A stretch of 64,000 nucleotides of DNA, taken from NCBI RefSeq assembly GCF_009914755.1, contig NC_060926.1; one strand, written 5' to 3'. Numbering within the stretch: the stretch's first letter is position 1; the number at the start of each line of letters is the position of its first letter. A program made the position numbers and the translations under genes. This document shows, one piece after another, positions 37,601-51,232 of the stretch. Under the pieces are notes generated by a model. It had not been told where the DNA came from and searched no databases. It worked only from the letters and a program-made list of their open reading frames with translations. This DNA is from the human T2T-CHM13v2.0 reference genome, Homo sapiens.

Positions 37601-40600
37601 GTATCTGGATGTGGACATTTGGAGCGCTTTCAGGCCTATGGTGAAAAAGGAAATATCTTCCCCTGAAAACTAGACAGAAGCATTCTCAGAATCTTATTTG
37701 TGATGTGCGCCCTCAACTAACAGTGTTGAAGCTTTCTTTTGATAGAGCAGTTTTGAAACACTCTTTTTGTAAAATCTGCAAGAGGATATTTGGATAGCTT
37801 TGAGGATTTCGTTGGAAACGGGATTGTCTTCATATAAACTCTAGACAGAAGCATTCTCAGAAGCTTCATTGGGATGTTTCAATTGAAGTCACAGTGTTGA
37901 ACAGTCCCTTTCATAGAGCAGGTTTGAAACACTCTTTTTGTAGTATCTGGAAGTGGACATTTGGAACGCTCTCAGGACTGCGGTGAAAAAGGAAATATCT
38001 TCCAATAAAAGCTAGATAGAAGCAATGTCAGAAACTTTTTCATGATGTATCTACTCAGCTAACAGAGTTGAACCTTTCTTTTGAGAGAGCAGTTTTGAAA
38101 CACTCGTTTTGTGGAATCTGCAAGTGGATATTTGTCTAGCTTTGAGGATTTCGTTGGAAACGGGATTACATATAAAAAGCAGACAGCAGCATTCCCAGAA
38201 ACTTCTTTGTGATGTTTGCATTCAAGTCACAGAGTTGAACATTCCCTTTCATAGAGCAGGTTTGAAACACTCTTTTTGTAGTATCTGGATGTGGACATTT
38301 GCAGCGCTTTCAGGCCTAAGGTGAAAAAGGAAATATCTTCCCCTGAAAACTAGACAGAAGCATTCTAAGAAACTTATTTGTGATGTGCGCCCTCAACTAA
38401 CAGTGTTGAAGCTTTCTTTTGATAGAGCAGTTTTGAAACACTCTTTTTGTAATATCTGCAAGAGGATATTTGGATAGCTTTGAGGATTTCGTTGGAAACG
38501 GGATTGTCTTCATATAAACTCTAGACAGAAGCATTCTCAGAAGCTTCATTGGGATGTTTCAATTGAAGTCACAGTGTTGAACAGTCCCTTTCATAGAGCA
38601 GGTTTGAAACACTCTTTTTGTAGTATCTGGAAGTGGACATTTGGAACGCTCTCAGGACTGCGGTGAAAAAGGAAATATCTTCCAATAAAAGCTAGATAGA
38701 AGCAATGTCAGAAACTTTTTCATGATGTATCTACTCAGCTAACAGAGTTGAACCTTTCTTTTGAGAGAGCAGTTTTGAAACACTCTTTTTGTGGAATCTG
38801 CAAGTGGATATTTGTCTAGATATGAGGATTTCGTTGGAAACGGGATTACATATAAAAAGCAGACAGCAGCATTCCCAGTAACTTCTTTGTGATGTTTGCA
38901 TTCAAGTCACAGAGTTGAACATTCCCTTTCATAGAGCAGGTTTGAAACACTTTTTTTGTAGTATCTGGATGTGGACATTTGGAGCGCTTTCAGGCCTATG
39001 GTGAAAAAGGAAATATCTTCCAATAAAAGCTACATAAAAGCAATGTCAGAAACTTTTTCATGATGTATCTACTCAGCTAACAGAGTTGAACCTTTCTTTT
39101 GAGAGAGCAGTTTTGAAACACTCTTTTTGTGGAATCTGGAAGTGGATATTTGTCTAGTTTTGAGGATTTCGTTGGAAACGGGATTACATATAAAAAGCAG
39201 ACAGCAGCATTCCCAGTAACTTCTTTGTGATGTTTGCATTCAAGTCACAGAGTTGAACATTCCCTTTCATAGAGCAGGTTTGAAACACTCTTTTTGTAGT
39301 ATCTGGATGTGGACATTTGGAGTGCTTTCAGGCCTATTGTGAAAAAGGAAATATCTTCCCCTGAAAACTAGACAGAAGAATTCTCAGAATCTTATTTGTG
39401 ATGTGCGCCCTCAACTAACAGTGTTGAAGCTTTCTTTTGATAGAGCAGTTTTGAAACACTCTTTTTGTAAAATCTGCAAGAGGATATTTGGATAGCTTTG
39501 AGGATTTCGTTGGAAACGGGATTGTCTTCATATAAACTCTACACAGAAGCATTCTCAGAAGCGTCATTGGGATGTTTCAATTGAAGTCACAGTGTTGAAC
39601 AGTCCCTTTCATAGAGCAGGTTTGAAACACTCTTTTTCTAGTATCTGGATGTGGACATTTGGAGCGCTTTCAGGCCTATGGTTTAAAAGGAAATATCTTC
39701 CCCTGAAAACTAGACAGAAGCATTCTCAGAAACTTATTTGTGATGTGCGCCTTCAACTAACAGTGTTGAAGCATTCTTTTGATAGAGCAGTTTTGAAACA
39801 CTCTTTTTGTGGAATCTGCAAGTGGATATTTGTCTAGCTTTGAGGATTTCGTTGGAAACGGGATTACATATAAAAAGCAGACAGCAGCATTCCCAGAAAC
39901 TTCTTTGTGATGTTTGCATTCAAGTCACAGAGTTGAACATTCCCTTTCAGAGAGCAGGTTTGAAACACTCTTTTTGTAGTATCTGGATGTGGACATTTGG
40001 AGCGCTTTCAGGCCTATGGTGAAAAAGGAAATATCTTCCCCTGAAAACTAGACAGAAGCATTCTCAGAATCTTATTTGTGATGTGCGCCCTCAACTAACA
40101 GTGTTGAAGCTTTCTTTTGATAGAGCAGTTTTGAAACACTCTTTTTGTAAAATCTGCTAGAGGATATTTGGATAGCTTTGAGGATTTCGTTGGAAACGGG
40201 ATTGTCTTCATATATACTCTAGACAGAAGCATTCTCAGAAGCTTCATTGGGATGTTTCAATTGAAGTCACAGTGTTGAACAGTCCCTTTCATAGAGCAGG
40301 TTTGAAACACTCTTTTTGTAGTATCTGGAAGTGGACATTTGGAGCGCTCTCAGGACTGCGGTGAAAAAGGAAATATCTTCCAATAAAAGCTAGATAGAAG
40401 CAATGTCAGAAACTTTTTCATGATGTATCTACTCAGCTAACAGAGTTGAACCTTCCTTTGAGAGAGCAGTTTTGAAACACTCTTTTTGTGGAATCTGCAA
40501 GTGGATATTTGTCTAGCTTTGAGGATTTCGTTGGAAACGGGATTGTCTTCATATAAACTCTAGACAGAAGCATTCTCAGAAGCTTCATTGGGATGTTTCA

Positions 40601-43414
40601 ATTGAAGTCACAGTGTTGAACAGTTCCTTTCATAGAACAAGTTTGAAACACTCTTTTTGTAGTATCTGGAAGTGGACATTTGGAGCGCTCTCAGGACTAT
40701 GGTGAAAAAGGAAATATCTTCCAATAAAAGCTACATAGAAGCAATGTCAGAAACTTTTTCATGATGTATCTACTCAGCTAACAGAGTTGAACTTTTCCTT
40801 TGAGAGAGCAGTTTTGAAACACTCTTTTTGTGGAATCTGCAGGTGGATATTTGTCTAGCTTTGAGGATTTCGTTGGAAACGGGATTACATATAAAAAGCA
40901 GACAGCAGCATTCCCAGTAACTTCTTTGTGATGTTTGCATTCAAGTCACAGAGTTGAACATTGCCTTTCATAGAGCAGGTTTCAAACACTCTTTTTGTAG
41001 TATCTGGATGTGGACATTTGGAGCGCTTTCAGGCCTATGGTGAAAAAGGAAATATCTTCCCCTGAAAACTAGACAGAAGCATTCTCAGAATCTTATTTCT
41101 GATGTGCGCCCTCAACTAACAGTGTTGAAGCTTTCTTTTGATAGAGCAGTTTTGAAACACTCTTTTTGTAAAATCTGCAAGAGGATATTTGGATAGCTTT
41201 GAGGATTTCGTTGGAAACGGGATTGTCTTCATATAAACTCTAGACAGAAGCATTCTCAGAAGCTTCATTGGGATGTTTCAATTGAAGTCACAGTGTTGAA
41301 CAGTCCCTTTCATAAAGCAGGTTTCAAACACTCTTTTTGTAGTATCTGGATGTGGACATTTGGAGCGCTTTCAGGCCTATGGTTTAAAAGGAAATATCTT
41401 CCCCTGAAAACTAGACAGAAGCATTCTCAGAAACTTATTTGTGATGTGCGCCCTCAACTAACAGTGTTGAAGCATTCTTTTGATAGAGCAGTTTTGAAAC
41501 ACTCTTTTTGTGGAATCTGCAAGTGGATATTTGTCTAGCTTTGAGGATTTCGTTGGAAACGGGATTACATATGAAAAGCAGACAGCAGCATTCCCAGAAA
41601 CTTCTTTGTGATGTTTGCATTCAACTCACAGAGTTGAACATTCCCTTTCATAGAGCAGGTTTGAAACACTCTTTTTGTAGTATCTGGATGTGGACATTTG
41701 GAGCGCTTTCAGGCCTATGGTGAAAAAGGAAATATCTTCCCCTGAAAACTAGACAGAAGCATTCTCAGAAACTTATTTGTGATGTGCGCCCTCAACTAAC
41801 AGTGTTGAAGCTTTCTTTTGATAGAGCAGTTTTGAAACACTCTTTTTGTAATATCTGCAAGAGGATAATTGGATAGCTTTGAGGATTTCGTTGGAAACGG
41901 GATTAATTATAAAAAGGAGACAGCAGCATTCCCAGAATCTTGTTTGTGATGTTTGCATTCAAGTCACAGAGTTGAACATTCCCTTTCAGAGAGCAGGTTT
42001 GAAACACTCTTTTTATAGTATCTGGATGTGGACATTTGGAGCGCTTTCAGGCCTATGGTGAAAAAGGAAATATCTTCTCCTGAAAACTAGACAGAAGCAT
42101 TCTCAGAATCTTATTTGTGATATGCGCCCTCAACTAACAGTGTTGAAGCTTTCTTTTGATAGAGCAGTTTTGAAACACTCTTTTCGTAAAATCTGCAAGA
42201 GGATATTTTGATAGCTTTGAGGATTTCGTTGGAAACGGGATTGTCTTCATATAAAATCTAGACAGAAGCATTCTCAGAAGCTTCATTGGGATGTTTCAAT
42301 TGAAGTCACAGTGTTGAACAGTCCCTTTCATAGAGCAGGTTTGAAACACTCTTTTTGTAGTATCTGGAAGTGGACATTTGGAGAGATCTCAGGAATACGG
42401 TGATAAAGGAAATATCTTCCAATAAAAGCTAGATAGAAGCAATGTCAGAAACTTTTTCATGATGTATCTACTCAGCTAACAGAGTTGAACCTTTCTTTTG
42501 AGAGAGCAGTTTTGAAACACTCTTTTTGTGGAATCTGCAAGTGGATATTTGTCTAGCTTTGAGGATTTCGTTGGAAACGGGATTACATATAAAAAGCAGA
42601 CAGCAGCATTCCCAGTAACTTCTTTGTGATGTTTGCATTCAAGTCAGAGAGTTGAACATTCCCTTTCATAGAGCAGGTTTGAAACACTCTTTTTGAAGTA
42701 TCTGGTTGTGGACATTTGGAGCGCTTTCTGGCCTATGGTGAAAAAGGAAATATCTTCCCCTGAAAACTAGACAGAAGCATTCTCAGAAACTTATTTGTGA
42801 TGTGCGCCCTCAACTAACAGTGTTGAAGCTTTCTTTTGATAGAGCAGTTTTGAAACACTCTTTTTGTAATATCTGCAAGAGGATATTTGGATAGCTTTGA
42901 GGATTTCGTTGGAAACGGGATTGTCTTCATATAAACTCTAGACAGAAGCATTCTCAGAAGCTTCATTGGGATGTTTCAATTGAAGTCACAGTGTTGAACA
43001 GTCCCTTTCATAGAGCAGGTTTGAAACACTCTTTTTGTAGTATCTGGAAGTGGACATTTGGAGCGCTCTCAGGACTACGATGATAAAGGAAATATCTTCC
43101 AATAAAAGCTAGATAGAAGCAATGTCAGAAACTTTTTCATGATGTATCTACTCAGCTAACAGAGTTGAACCTTTCTTTTGAGAGAGCAGTTTTGAAACAC
43201 TCTTTTTGTGGAATCTGCAAGTGGATATTTGTCTAGCTTTGAGGATTTCGTTGGAAACGGGATTACATATAAAAAGCAGACAGCAGCATTCCCAGAATCT
43301 TCTTTGTGATGTTTGCATTCAAGTCACAGAGTTGAACATTCCCTTTCATAGAGCAGGTTTGAAACACTCTTTTTGTAGTATCTGGATGTGGACATTTGGA
43401 GCGCTTTCAGGCCT

Positions 43415-46400
43415 ATGGTGAAAAAGGAAATATCTTCCCCTGAAAACTAGACAGAAGCATTCTCAGAATCTTATTTGTGATGTGCGCCCTCAACTAACAG
43501 TGTTGAAGCTTTCTTTTGATAGAGCAGTTTTGAAACACTCTTTTTGTAAAATCTGCAAGAGGATATTTGGATAGCTTTGAGGATTTCGTTGGAAACGGGA
43601 TTGTCTTCATATAAACTCTAGACAGAAGCATTCTCAGAAGCTTCATTGGGATGTTTCAATTGAAGTCACAGTGTTGAACAGTCCCTTTCATAGAGCAGGT
43701 TTGAAACACTCTTTTTGTAGTATCTGGAAGTGGACATTTGGAGCGCTCTCAGGACTGCGGTGAAAAAGGAAATATCTTCCAATAAAAGCTAGATAGAAGC
43801 AATGTCAGAAACTTTTTCATGATGTATCTACTCAGCTAACAGAGTTGAACCTTCATTTGAGAGAGCAGTTTTGAAACACTCGTTTTGTGGAATCTGCAAG
43901 TGGATATTTGTCTAGCTTTGAGGATTTCGTTGGAAACGGGATTACATATAAAAAGCAGACAGCAGCATTCCCAGAAACTTCTTTGTGATGTTTGCATTCA
44001 AGTCAGAGAGTTGAACATTCCCTTTCATAGAGCAGGTTTGAAACACTCTTTTTGTAGTATCTGGATGTGTACATTTGCAGCGCTTTCAGGCCTAAGGTGA
44101 AAAAGGAAATATCTTCCCCTGAAAACTAGACAGAAGCATTCTCAGAAACTTATTTGTGATGTGCGCCCTCAACTAACAGTGTTCAAGCTTTCTTTTGATA
44201 GAGCAGTTTTGAAACACTCTTTTTGTAATATCTGCAAGAGGATATTTGGATAGCTTTGAGGATTTCGTTGGAAACGGGTTTGTCTTCATATAAATTCTAG
44301 ACAGAAGCATTCTCAGAAGCTTCATTGGGATGTTTCAATTGAAGTCACAGTGTTGAACAGTTCCTTTCATAGAACAGGTTTGAAACACTCTTTTTGTAGT
44401 ATCTGGAAGTGGACATTTGGAGCGCTCTCAGGACTATGGTGAAAAAGGAAATATCTTCCAATAAAAGCTACATAGAAGCAATGTCAGAAACTTTTTCATG
44501 ATGTATCTACTCAGCTAACAGAGTTGAACCTTTCCTTTGAGAGAGCAGTTTTGAAACACTCTTTTTGTGGAATCTGCAAGTGGATATTTGTCTAGCTTTG
44601 AGGATTTCGTTGGAAACGGGATTACATATAAAAAGCAGACAGCAGCATTCCCAGTAACTTCTTTGTGATGTTTGCATTCAAGTCACAGAGTTGAATATTC
44701 CCTTTCATAGAGCAGGTTTGAAACACTCTTTTTGTAGTATCTGGATGTGGACATTTGGAGCGCTTTCAGGCCTATGGTGAAAAAGGAAATATCTTCCCCT
44801 GAAAACTAGACAGAAGCATTCTCAGAAACTTATTTGTGATGTGCGCCCTCAACTAACAGTGTTGAACCTTTCTTTTGATAGAGCAGTTTTGAAACACTCT
44901 TTTTGTAATATCTGCAAGAGGATATTTGGATAGCTTTGAGGATTTCGTTGGAAACGGGATTACATTTAAAAAGCAGACAGCAGCATTCCCAGAAACTTCT
45001 TTGTGATGTTTGCATTCAAGTCACAGAGTTGAACATTCCCTTTCATAGAGCAGGTTTGAAACACTCTTTTTGTAGTATCTGGATGTGGACATTTGCAGCG
45101 CTTTCAGGCCTAAGGTGAAAAAGGAAATATCTTCCCCTGAAAACTAGACAGAAGCATTCTCAGAAACTTATTTGTGATGTGCGCCCTCAACTAACAGTGT
45201 TGAACCTTTCTTTTGATAGAGCAGTTTTGAAACACTCTTTTTGTAATATCTGCAAGAGGATATTTGGATAGCTTTGAGGATTTCGTTGGAAACGGGATTG
45301 TCTTCATATAAACTCTAGACAGAAGCATTCTCAGAAGCTTCATTGGGATGTTTCAATTGAAGTCACAGTGTTGAACAGTCCCTTTCATAGAGCAGGTTTG
45401 AAACACTCTTTTTGTAGTATCTGGATGTGGACATTTGGAGCGCTTTCAGGCCTATGGTTTAAAAGGAAATATCTTCCCCTGAAAACTAGACAGAAGCATT
45501 CTCAGAAACTTATTTGTGATGTGCGCCCTCAACTAACAGTGTTGAACCTTTCTTTTGATAGAGCAGTTTTGAAACACTCTTTTTGTGGAATCTGGAAGTG
45601 GATATTTGTCTAGCTTTGAGGATTTCGTTGGAAACGGGATTACATATAAAAAGCAGACAGCAGCATTCCCAGAATCTTGTTTGTGATGTTTGCATTCAAG
45701 TCACAGAGTTGAACATTCCCTTTCAGAGAGCAGGTTTGAAACACTCTTTTTATAGTATCTGGATGTGGACATTTGGAGCGCTTTCAGGCCTATGATGAAA
45801 AAGGAAATATCTTCTCCTGAAAACTAGACAGAAGCATTCTCAGAATCTTATTTGTGATGTGCGCCCTCAACTAACAGTGTTGAAGCTTTCTTTTGATAGA
45901 GCAGTTTTGAAACACTCTTTTCGTAAAATCTGCAAGAGGATATTTGGATAGCTTTGAGGATTTCGTTGGAAACGGGATTGTCTTCATATAAACTCTAGAC
46001 AGAAGCATTCTCAGAAGCTTCATTGGGATGTTTCAATTGAAGTCACAGTGTTGAACAGTCCCTTTCATAGAGCAGGTTTGAAACACTCTTTTTGTAGTAT
46101 CTGGAAGTGGACATTTGGAGAGATCTCAGGAATACGGTGATAAAGGTAATATCTTCCAATAAAAGCTAGATAGAAGCAATGTCAGAAACTTTTTCATGAT
46201 GTATCTACTCAGCTAACAGAGTTGAACCTTTCTTTTGAGAGAGCAGTTTTGAAACACTCTTTTTGTGGAATCTGCAAGTGGATATTTGTCTAGCTTTGAG
46301 GATTTCGTTGGAAACGGGATTACATATAAAAAGCAGACAGCAGCATTCCCAGTAACTTCTTTGTGATGTTTGCATTCAAGTCACAGAGTTGAACATTCCC

Positions 46401-49400
46401 TTTCATAGAGCAGGTTTGAAACACTTTTTTTGTAGTATCTGGATGTGGACATTTGGAGCGCTTTCAGGCCTATGGTGAAAAAGGAAATATCTTCCAATAA
46501 AAGCTACATAGAAGCAATGTCAGAAACTTTTTCATGATGTATCTACTCAGCTAACAGAGTTGAACCTTTCTTTTGAGAGAGCAGTTTTGAAACACTCTTT
46601 TTGTAAAATCTGCAAGAGGATATTTGGATAGCTTTGAGGATTTCGTTGGAAACGGGATTGTCTTCATATAAACTCTAGACAGAAGCATTCTCAGAAGCGT
46701 CATTGCGATGTTTCAATTGAAGTCACAGTGTTGAACAGTCCCTTTCATAGAGCAGGTTTGAAACACTCTTTTTGTAGTATCTGGATGTGGACATTTGGAG
46801 CGCTTTCAGGCCTATGGTTTAAAAGGAAATATCTTCCCCTGAAAACTAGACAGAAGCATTCTCAGAAACTTATTTGTGATGTGCGCCTTCAACTAACAGT
46901 GTTGAAGCATTCTTTTGATAGAGCAGTTTTGAAATACTCTTTTTGTGGAATCTGCAAGTGGATATTTGTCTAGCTTTGAGGATTTCGTTGGAAACGGGAT
47001 TACATATAAAAAGCAGACAGCAGCATTCCCAGAAACTGCTTTGTGATGTTTGCATTCAAGTCACAGAGTTGAACATTCCCTTTCATAGAGCAGGTTTGAA
47101 ACACTCTTTTTGTAGTATCTGGATGTGGACATTTGGAGCGCTTTCAGCCCTATGGTGAAAAAGGAAATATCTTCCCCTGAAAACTAGACAGAAGCATTCT
47201 CAGAATCTTATTTGTGATGTGCGCCCTCAACTAACAGTGTTGAAGCTTTCTTTTGATAGAGCAGTTTTGAAACACTCTTTTTGTAAAATCTGCAAGAGGA
47301 TATTTGGATAGCTTTGAGGATTTCGTTGGAAACGGGATTGTCTTCATATAAACTCTAGACAGAAGCATTCTCAGAAGCTTCATTGGGATGTTTCAATTGA
47401 AGTCACAGTGTTGAACAGTCCCTTTCATAGAGCAGGTTTGAAACACTCTTTTTGTAGTATCTGGAAGTGGACATTTGGAGCGCTCTCAGGACTGCGGTGA
47501 AAAAGGAAATATCTTCCAATAAAAGCTAGATAGAAGCAATGTCAGAAACTTTTTCATGATGTATCTACTCAGCTAACAGAGTTGAACCTTCATTTGAGAG
47601 AGCAGTTTTGAAACACTCGTTTTGTGGAATCTGCAAGTGGATATTTGTCTAGCTTTGAGGATTTCGTTGGAAACGGGATTACATATAAAAAGCAGACAGC
47701 AGCATTCCCAGAAACTTCTTTGTGATGTTTGCATTCAAGTCAGAGAGTTGAACATTCCCTTTCATAGAGCAGGTTTGAAACACTCTTTTTGTAGTATCTG
47801 GATGTGTACATTTGCAGCGCTTTCAGGCCTAAGGTGAAAAAGGAAATATCTTCCCCTGAAAACTAGACAGAAGCATTCTCAGAAACTTATTTGTGATGTG
47901 CGCCCTCAACTAACAGTGTTCAAGCTTTCTTTTGATAGAGCAGTTTTGAAACACTCTTTTTGTAATATCTGCAAGAGGATATTTGGATAGCTTTGAGGAT
48001 TTCGTTGGAAACGGGTTTGTCTTCATATAAACTCTAGACAGAAGCATTCTCAGAAGCTTCATTGGGATGTTTCAATTGAAGTCACAGTGTTGAACAGTTC
48101 CTTTCATAGAACAGGTTTGAAACACTCTTTTTGTAGTATCTGGAAGTGGACATTTGGAGCGCTCTCAGGACTACGGTGAAAAAGGAAATATCTTCCAATA
48201 AAAGCTACATAGAAGCAATGTCAGAAACTTTTTCATGATGTATCTACTCAGCTAACAGAGTTGAACCTTTCCTTTGAGAGAGCAGTTTTGAAACACTCTT
48301 TTTGTGGAATCTGCAAGTGGATATTTGTCTAGCTTTGAGGATTTCGTTGGAAACGGGATTACATATAAAAAGCAGACAGCAGCATTCCCAGTAACTTCTT
48401 TGTGATGTTTGCATTCAAGTCACAGAGTTGAATATTCCCTTTCATAGAGCAGGTTTGAAACACTCTTTTTGTAGTATCTGGATGTGGACATTTGGAGCGC
48501 TTTCAGGCCTATGGTGAAAAAGGAAATATCTTCCCCTGAAAACTAGACAGAAGCATTCTCAGAAACTTATTTGTGATGTGCGCCCTCAACTAACAGTGTT
48601 GAACCTTTCTTTTGATAGAGCAGTTTTGAAACACTCTTTTTGTAATATCTGCAAGAGGATATTTGGATAGCTTTGAGGATTTCGTTGGAAACGGGATTAC
48701 ATATAAAAAGCAGACAGCAGCATTCCCAGAAACTTCTTTGTGATGTTTGCATTCAAGTCACAGAGTTGAACATTCCCTTTCATAGAGCAGGTTTGAAACA
48801 CTCTTTTTGTAGTATCTGGATGTGGACATTTGCAGCGCTTTCAGGCCTAAGGTGAAAAAGGAAATATCTTCCCCTGAAAACTAGACAGAAGCATTCTCAG
48901 AAACTTATTTGTGATGTGCGCCCTCAACTAACAGTGTTGAACCTTTCTTTTGATAGAGCAGTTTTGAAACACTCTTTTTGTAATATCTGCAAGAGGATAT
49001 TTGGATAGCTTTGAGGATTTCGTTGGAAACGGGATTGTCTTCATATAAACTCTAGACAGAAGCATTCTCAGAAGCTTCATTGGGATGTTTCAATTGAAGT
49101 CACAGTGTTGAACAGTCCCTTTCATAGAGCAGGTTTGAAACACTCTTTTTGTAGTATCTGGATGTGGACATTTGGAGCGCTTTCAGGCCTATGGTTTAAA
49201 AGGAAATATCTTCCCCTGAAAACTAGACAGAAGCATTCTCAGAAACTTATTTGTGATGTGCGCCCTCAACTAACAGTGTTGAACCTTTCTTTTGATAGAG
49301 CAGTTTTGAAACACTCTTTTTGTGGAATCTGCAAGTGGATATTTGTCTAGCTTTGAGGATTTCGTTGGAAACGGGATTAATTATAAAAAGCAGACAGCAG

Positions 49401-51232
49401 CATTCCCAGAATCTTGTTTGTGATGTTTGCATTCAAGTCACAGAGTTGAACATTCCCTTTCAGAGAGCAGGTTTGAAACACTCTTTTTATAGTATCTGGA
49501 TGTGGACATTTGGAGCGCTTTCAGGCCTATGATGAAAAAGGAAATATCTTCTCCTGAAAACTAGACAGAAGCATTCTCAGAATCTTATTTGTGATGTGCG
49601 CCCTCAGCTAACAGTGTTGAAGCTTTCTTTTGATAGAGCAGTTTTGAAACACTCTTTTCGTAAAATCTGCAAGAGGATATTTGGATAGCTTTGAGGATTT
49701 CGTTGGAAACGGGATTGTCTTCATATAAACTCTAGACAGAAGCATTCTCAGAAGCTTCATTGGGATGTTTCAATTGAAGTCACAGTGTTGAACAGTCCCT
49801 TTCATAGAGCAGGTTTGAAACACTCTTTTTGTAGTATCTAGAAGTGGACATTTGGAGAGATCTCAGGAATACGGTGATAAAGGTAATATCTTCCAATAAA
49901 AGCTAGATAGAAGCAATGTCAGAAACTTTTTCATGATGTATCTACTCAGCTAACAGAGTTGAACCTTTCTTTTGAGAGAGCAGTTTTGAAACACTCTTTT
50001 TGTGGAATCTGCAAGTGGATATTTGTCTAGCTTTGAGGATTTCGTTGGAAACGGGATTACATATAAAAAGCAGACAGCAGCATTCCCAGTAACTTCTTTG
50101 TGATGTTTGCATTCAAGTCACAGAGTTGAACATTCCCTTTCATAGAGCAGGTTTGAAACACTTTTTTTGTAGTATCTGGATGTGGACATTTGGAGCGCTT
50201 TCAGGCCTATGGTGAAAAAGGAAATATCTTCCAATAAAAGCTACATAGAAGCAATGTCAGAAACTTTTTCATGATGTATCTACTCAGCTAACAGAGTTGA
50301 ACCTTTCTTTTGAGAGAGCAGTTTTGAAACACTCTTTTTGTAAAATCTGCAAGAGGATATTTGGATAGCTTTGAGGATTTCGTTGGAAACGGGATTGTCT
50401 TCATATAAACTCTAGACAGAAGCATTCTCAGAAGCGTCATTGGGATGTTTCAATTGAAGTCACAGTGTTGAACAGTCCCTTTCATAGAGCAGGTTTGAAA
50501 CACTCTTTTTGTAGTATCTGGATGTGGACATTTGGAGCGCTTTCAGGCCTATGGTTTAAAAGGAAATATCTTCTCCTGAAAACTAGACAGAAGCATTCTC
50601 AGAAACTTATTTGTGATGTGCGCCTTCAACTAACAGTGTTGAAGCATTCTTTTGATAGAGCAGTTTTGAAACACTCTTTTTGTGGAATCTGCAAGTGGAT
50701 ATTTGTCTAGCTTTGAGGATTTCGTTGGAAACGGGATTACATATAAAAAGCAGACAGCAGCATTCCCAGAAACTTCTTTGTGATGTTTGCATTCAAGTCA
50801 CAGAGTTGAACATTCCCTTTCATAGAGCAGGTTTGAAACACTCTTTTTGTAGTATCTGGATGTGGACATTTGGAGCGCTTTCAGCCCTATGGTGAAAAAG
50901 GAAATATCTTCCCCTGAAAACTAGACAGAAGCATTCTCAGAATCTTATTTGTGATGTGCGCCCTCAACTAACAGTGTTGAAGCTTTCTTTTGATAGAGCA
51001 GTTTTGAAACACTCTTTTTGTAAAATCTGCAAGAGGATATTTGGATAGCTTTGAGGATTTCGTTGGAAACGGGATTGTCTTCATATAAACTCTAGACAGA
51101 AGCATTCTCAGAAGCTTCATTGGGATGTTTCAATTGAAGTCACAGTGTTGAACAGTCCCTTTCATAGAGCAGGTTTGAAACACTCTTTTTGTAGTATCTG
51201 GAAGTGGACATTTGGAGCGCTCTCAGGACTGC
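43415..51232 (+). repeat. Tandem duplication, period 3737 bp (22 monomers)
   Basis: ORFs at 43885, 44830, 45368, 45583, 46728 and 46943 recur at +3737. Confidence 0.88.
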
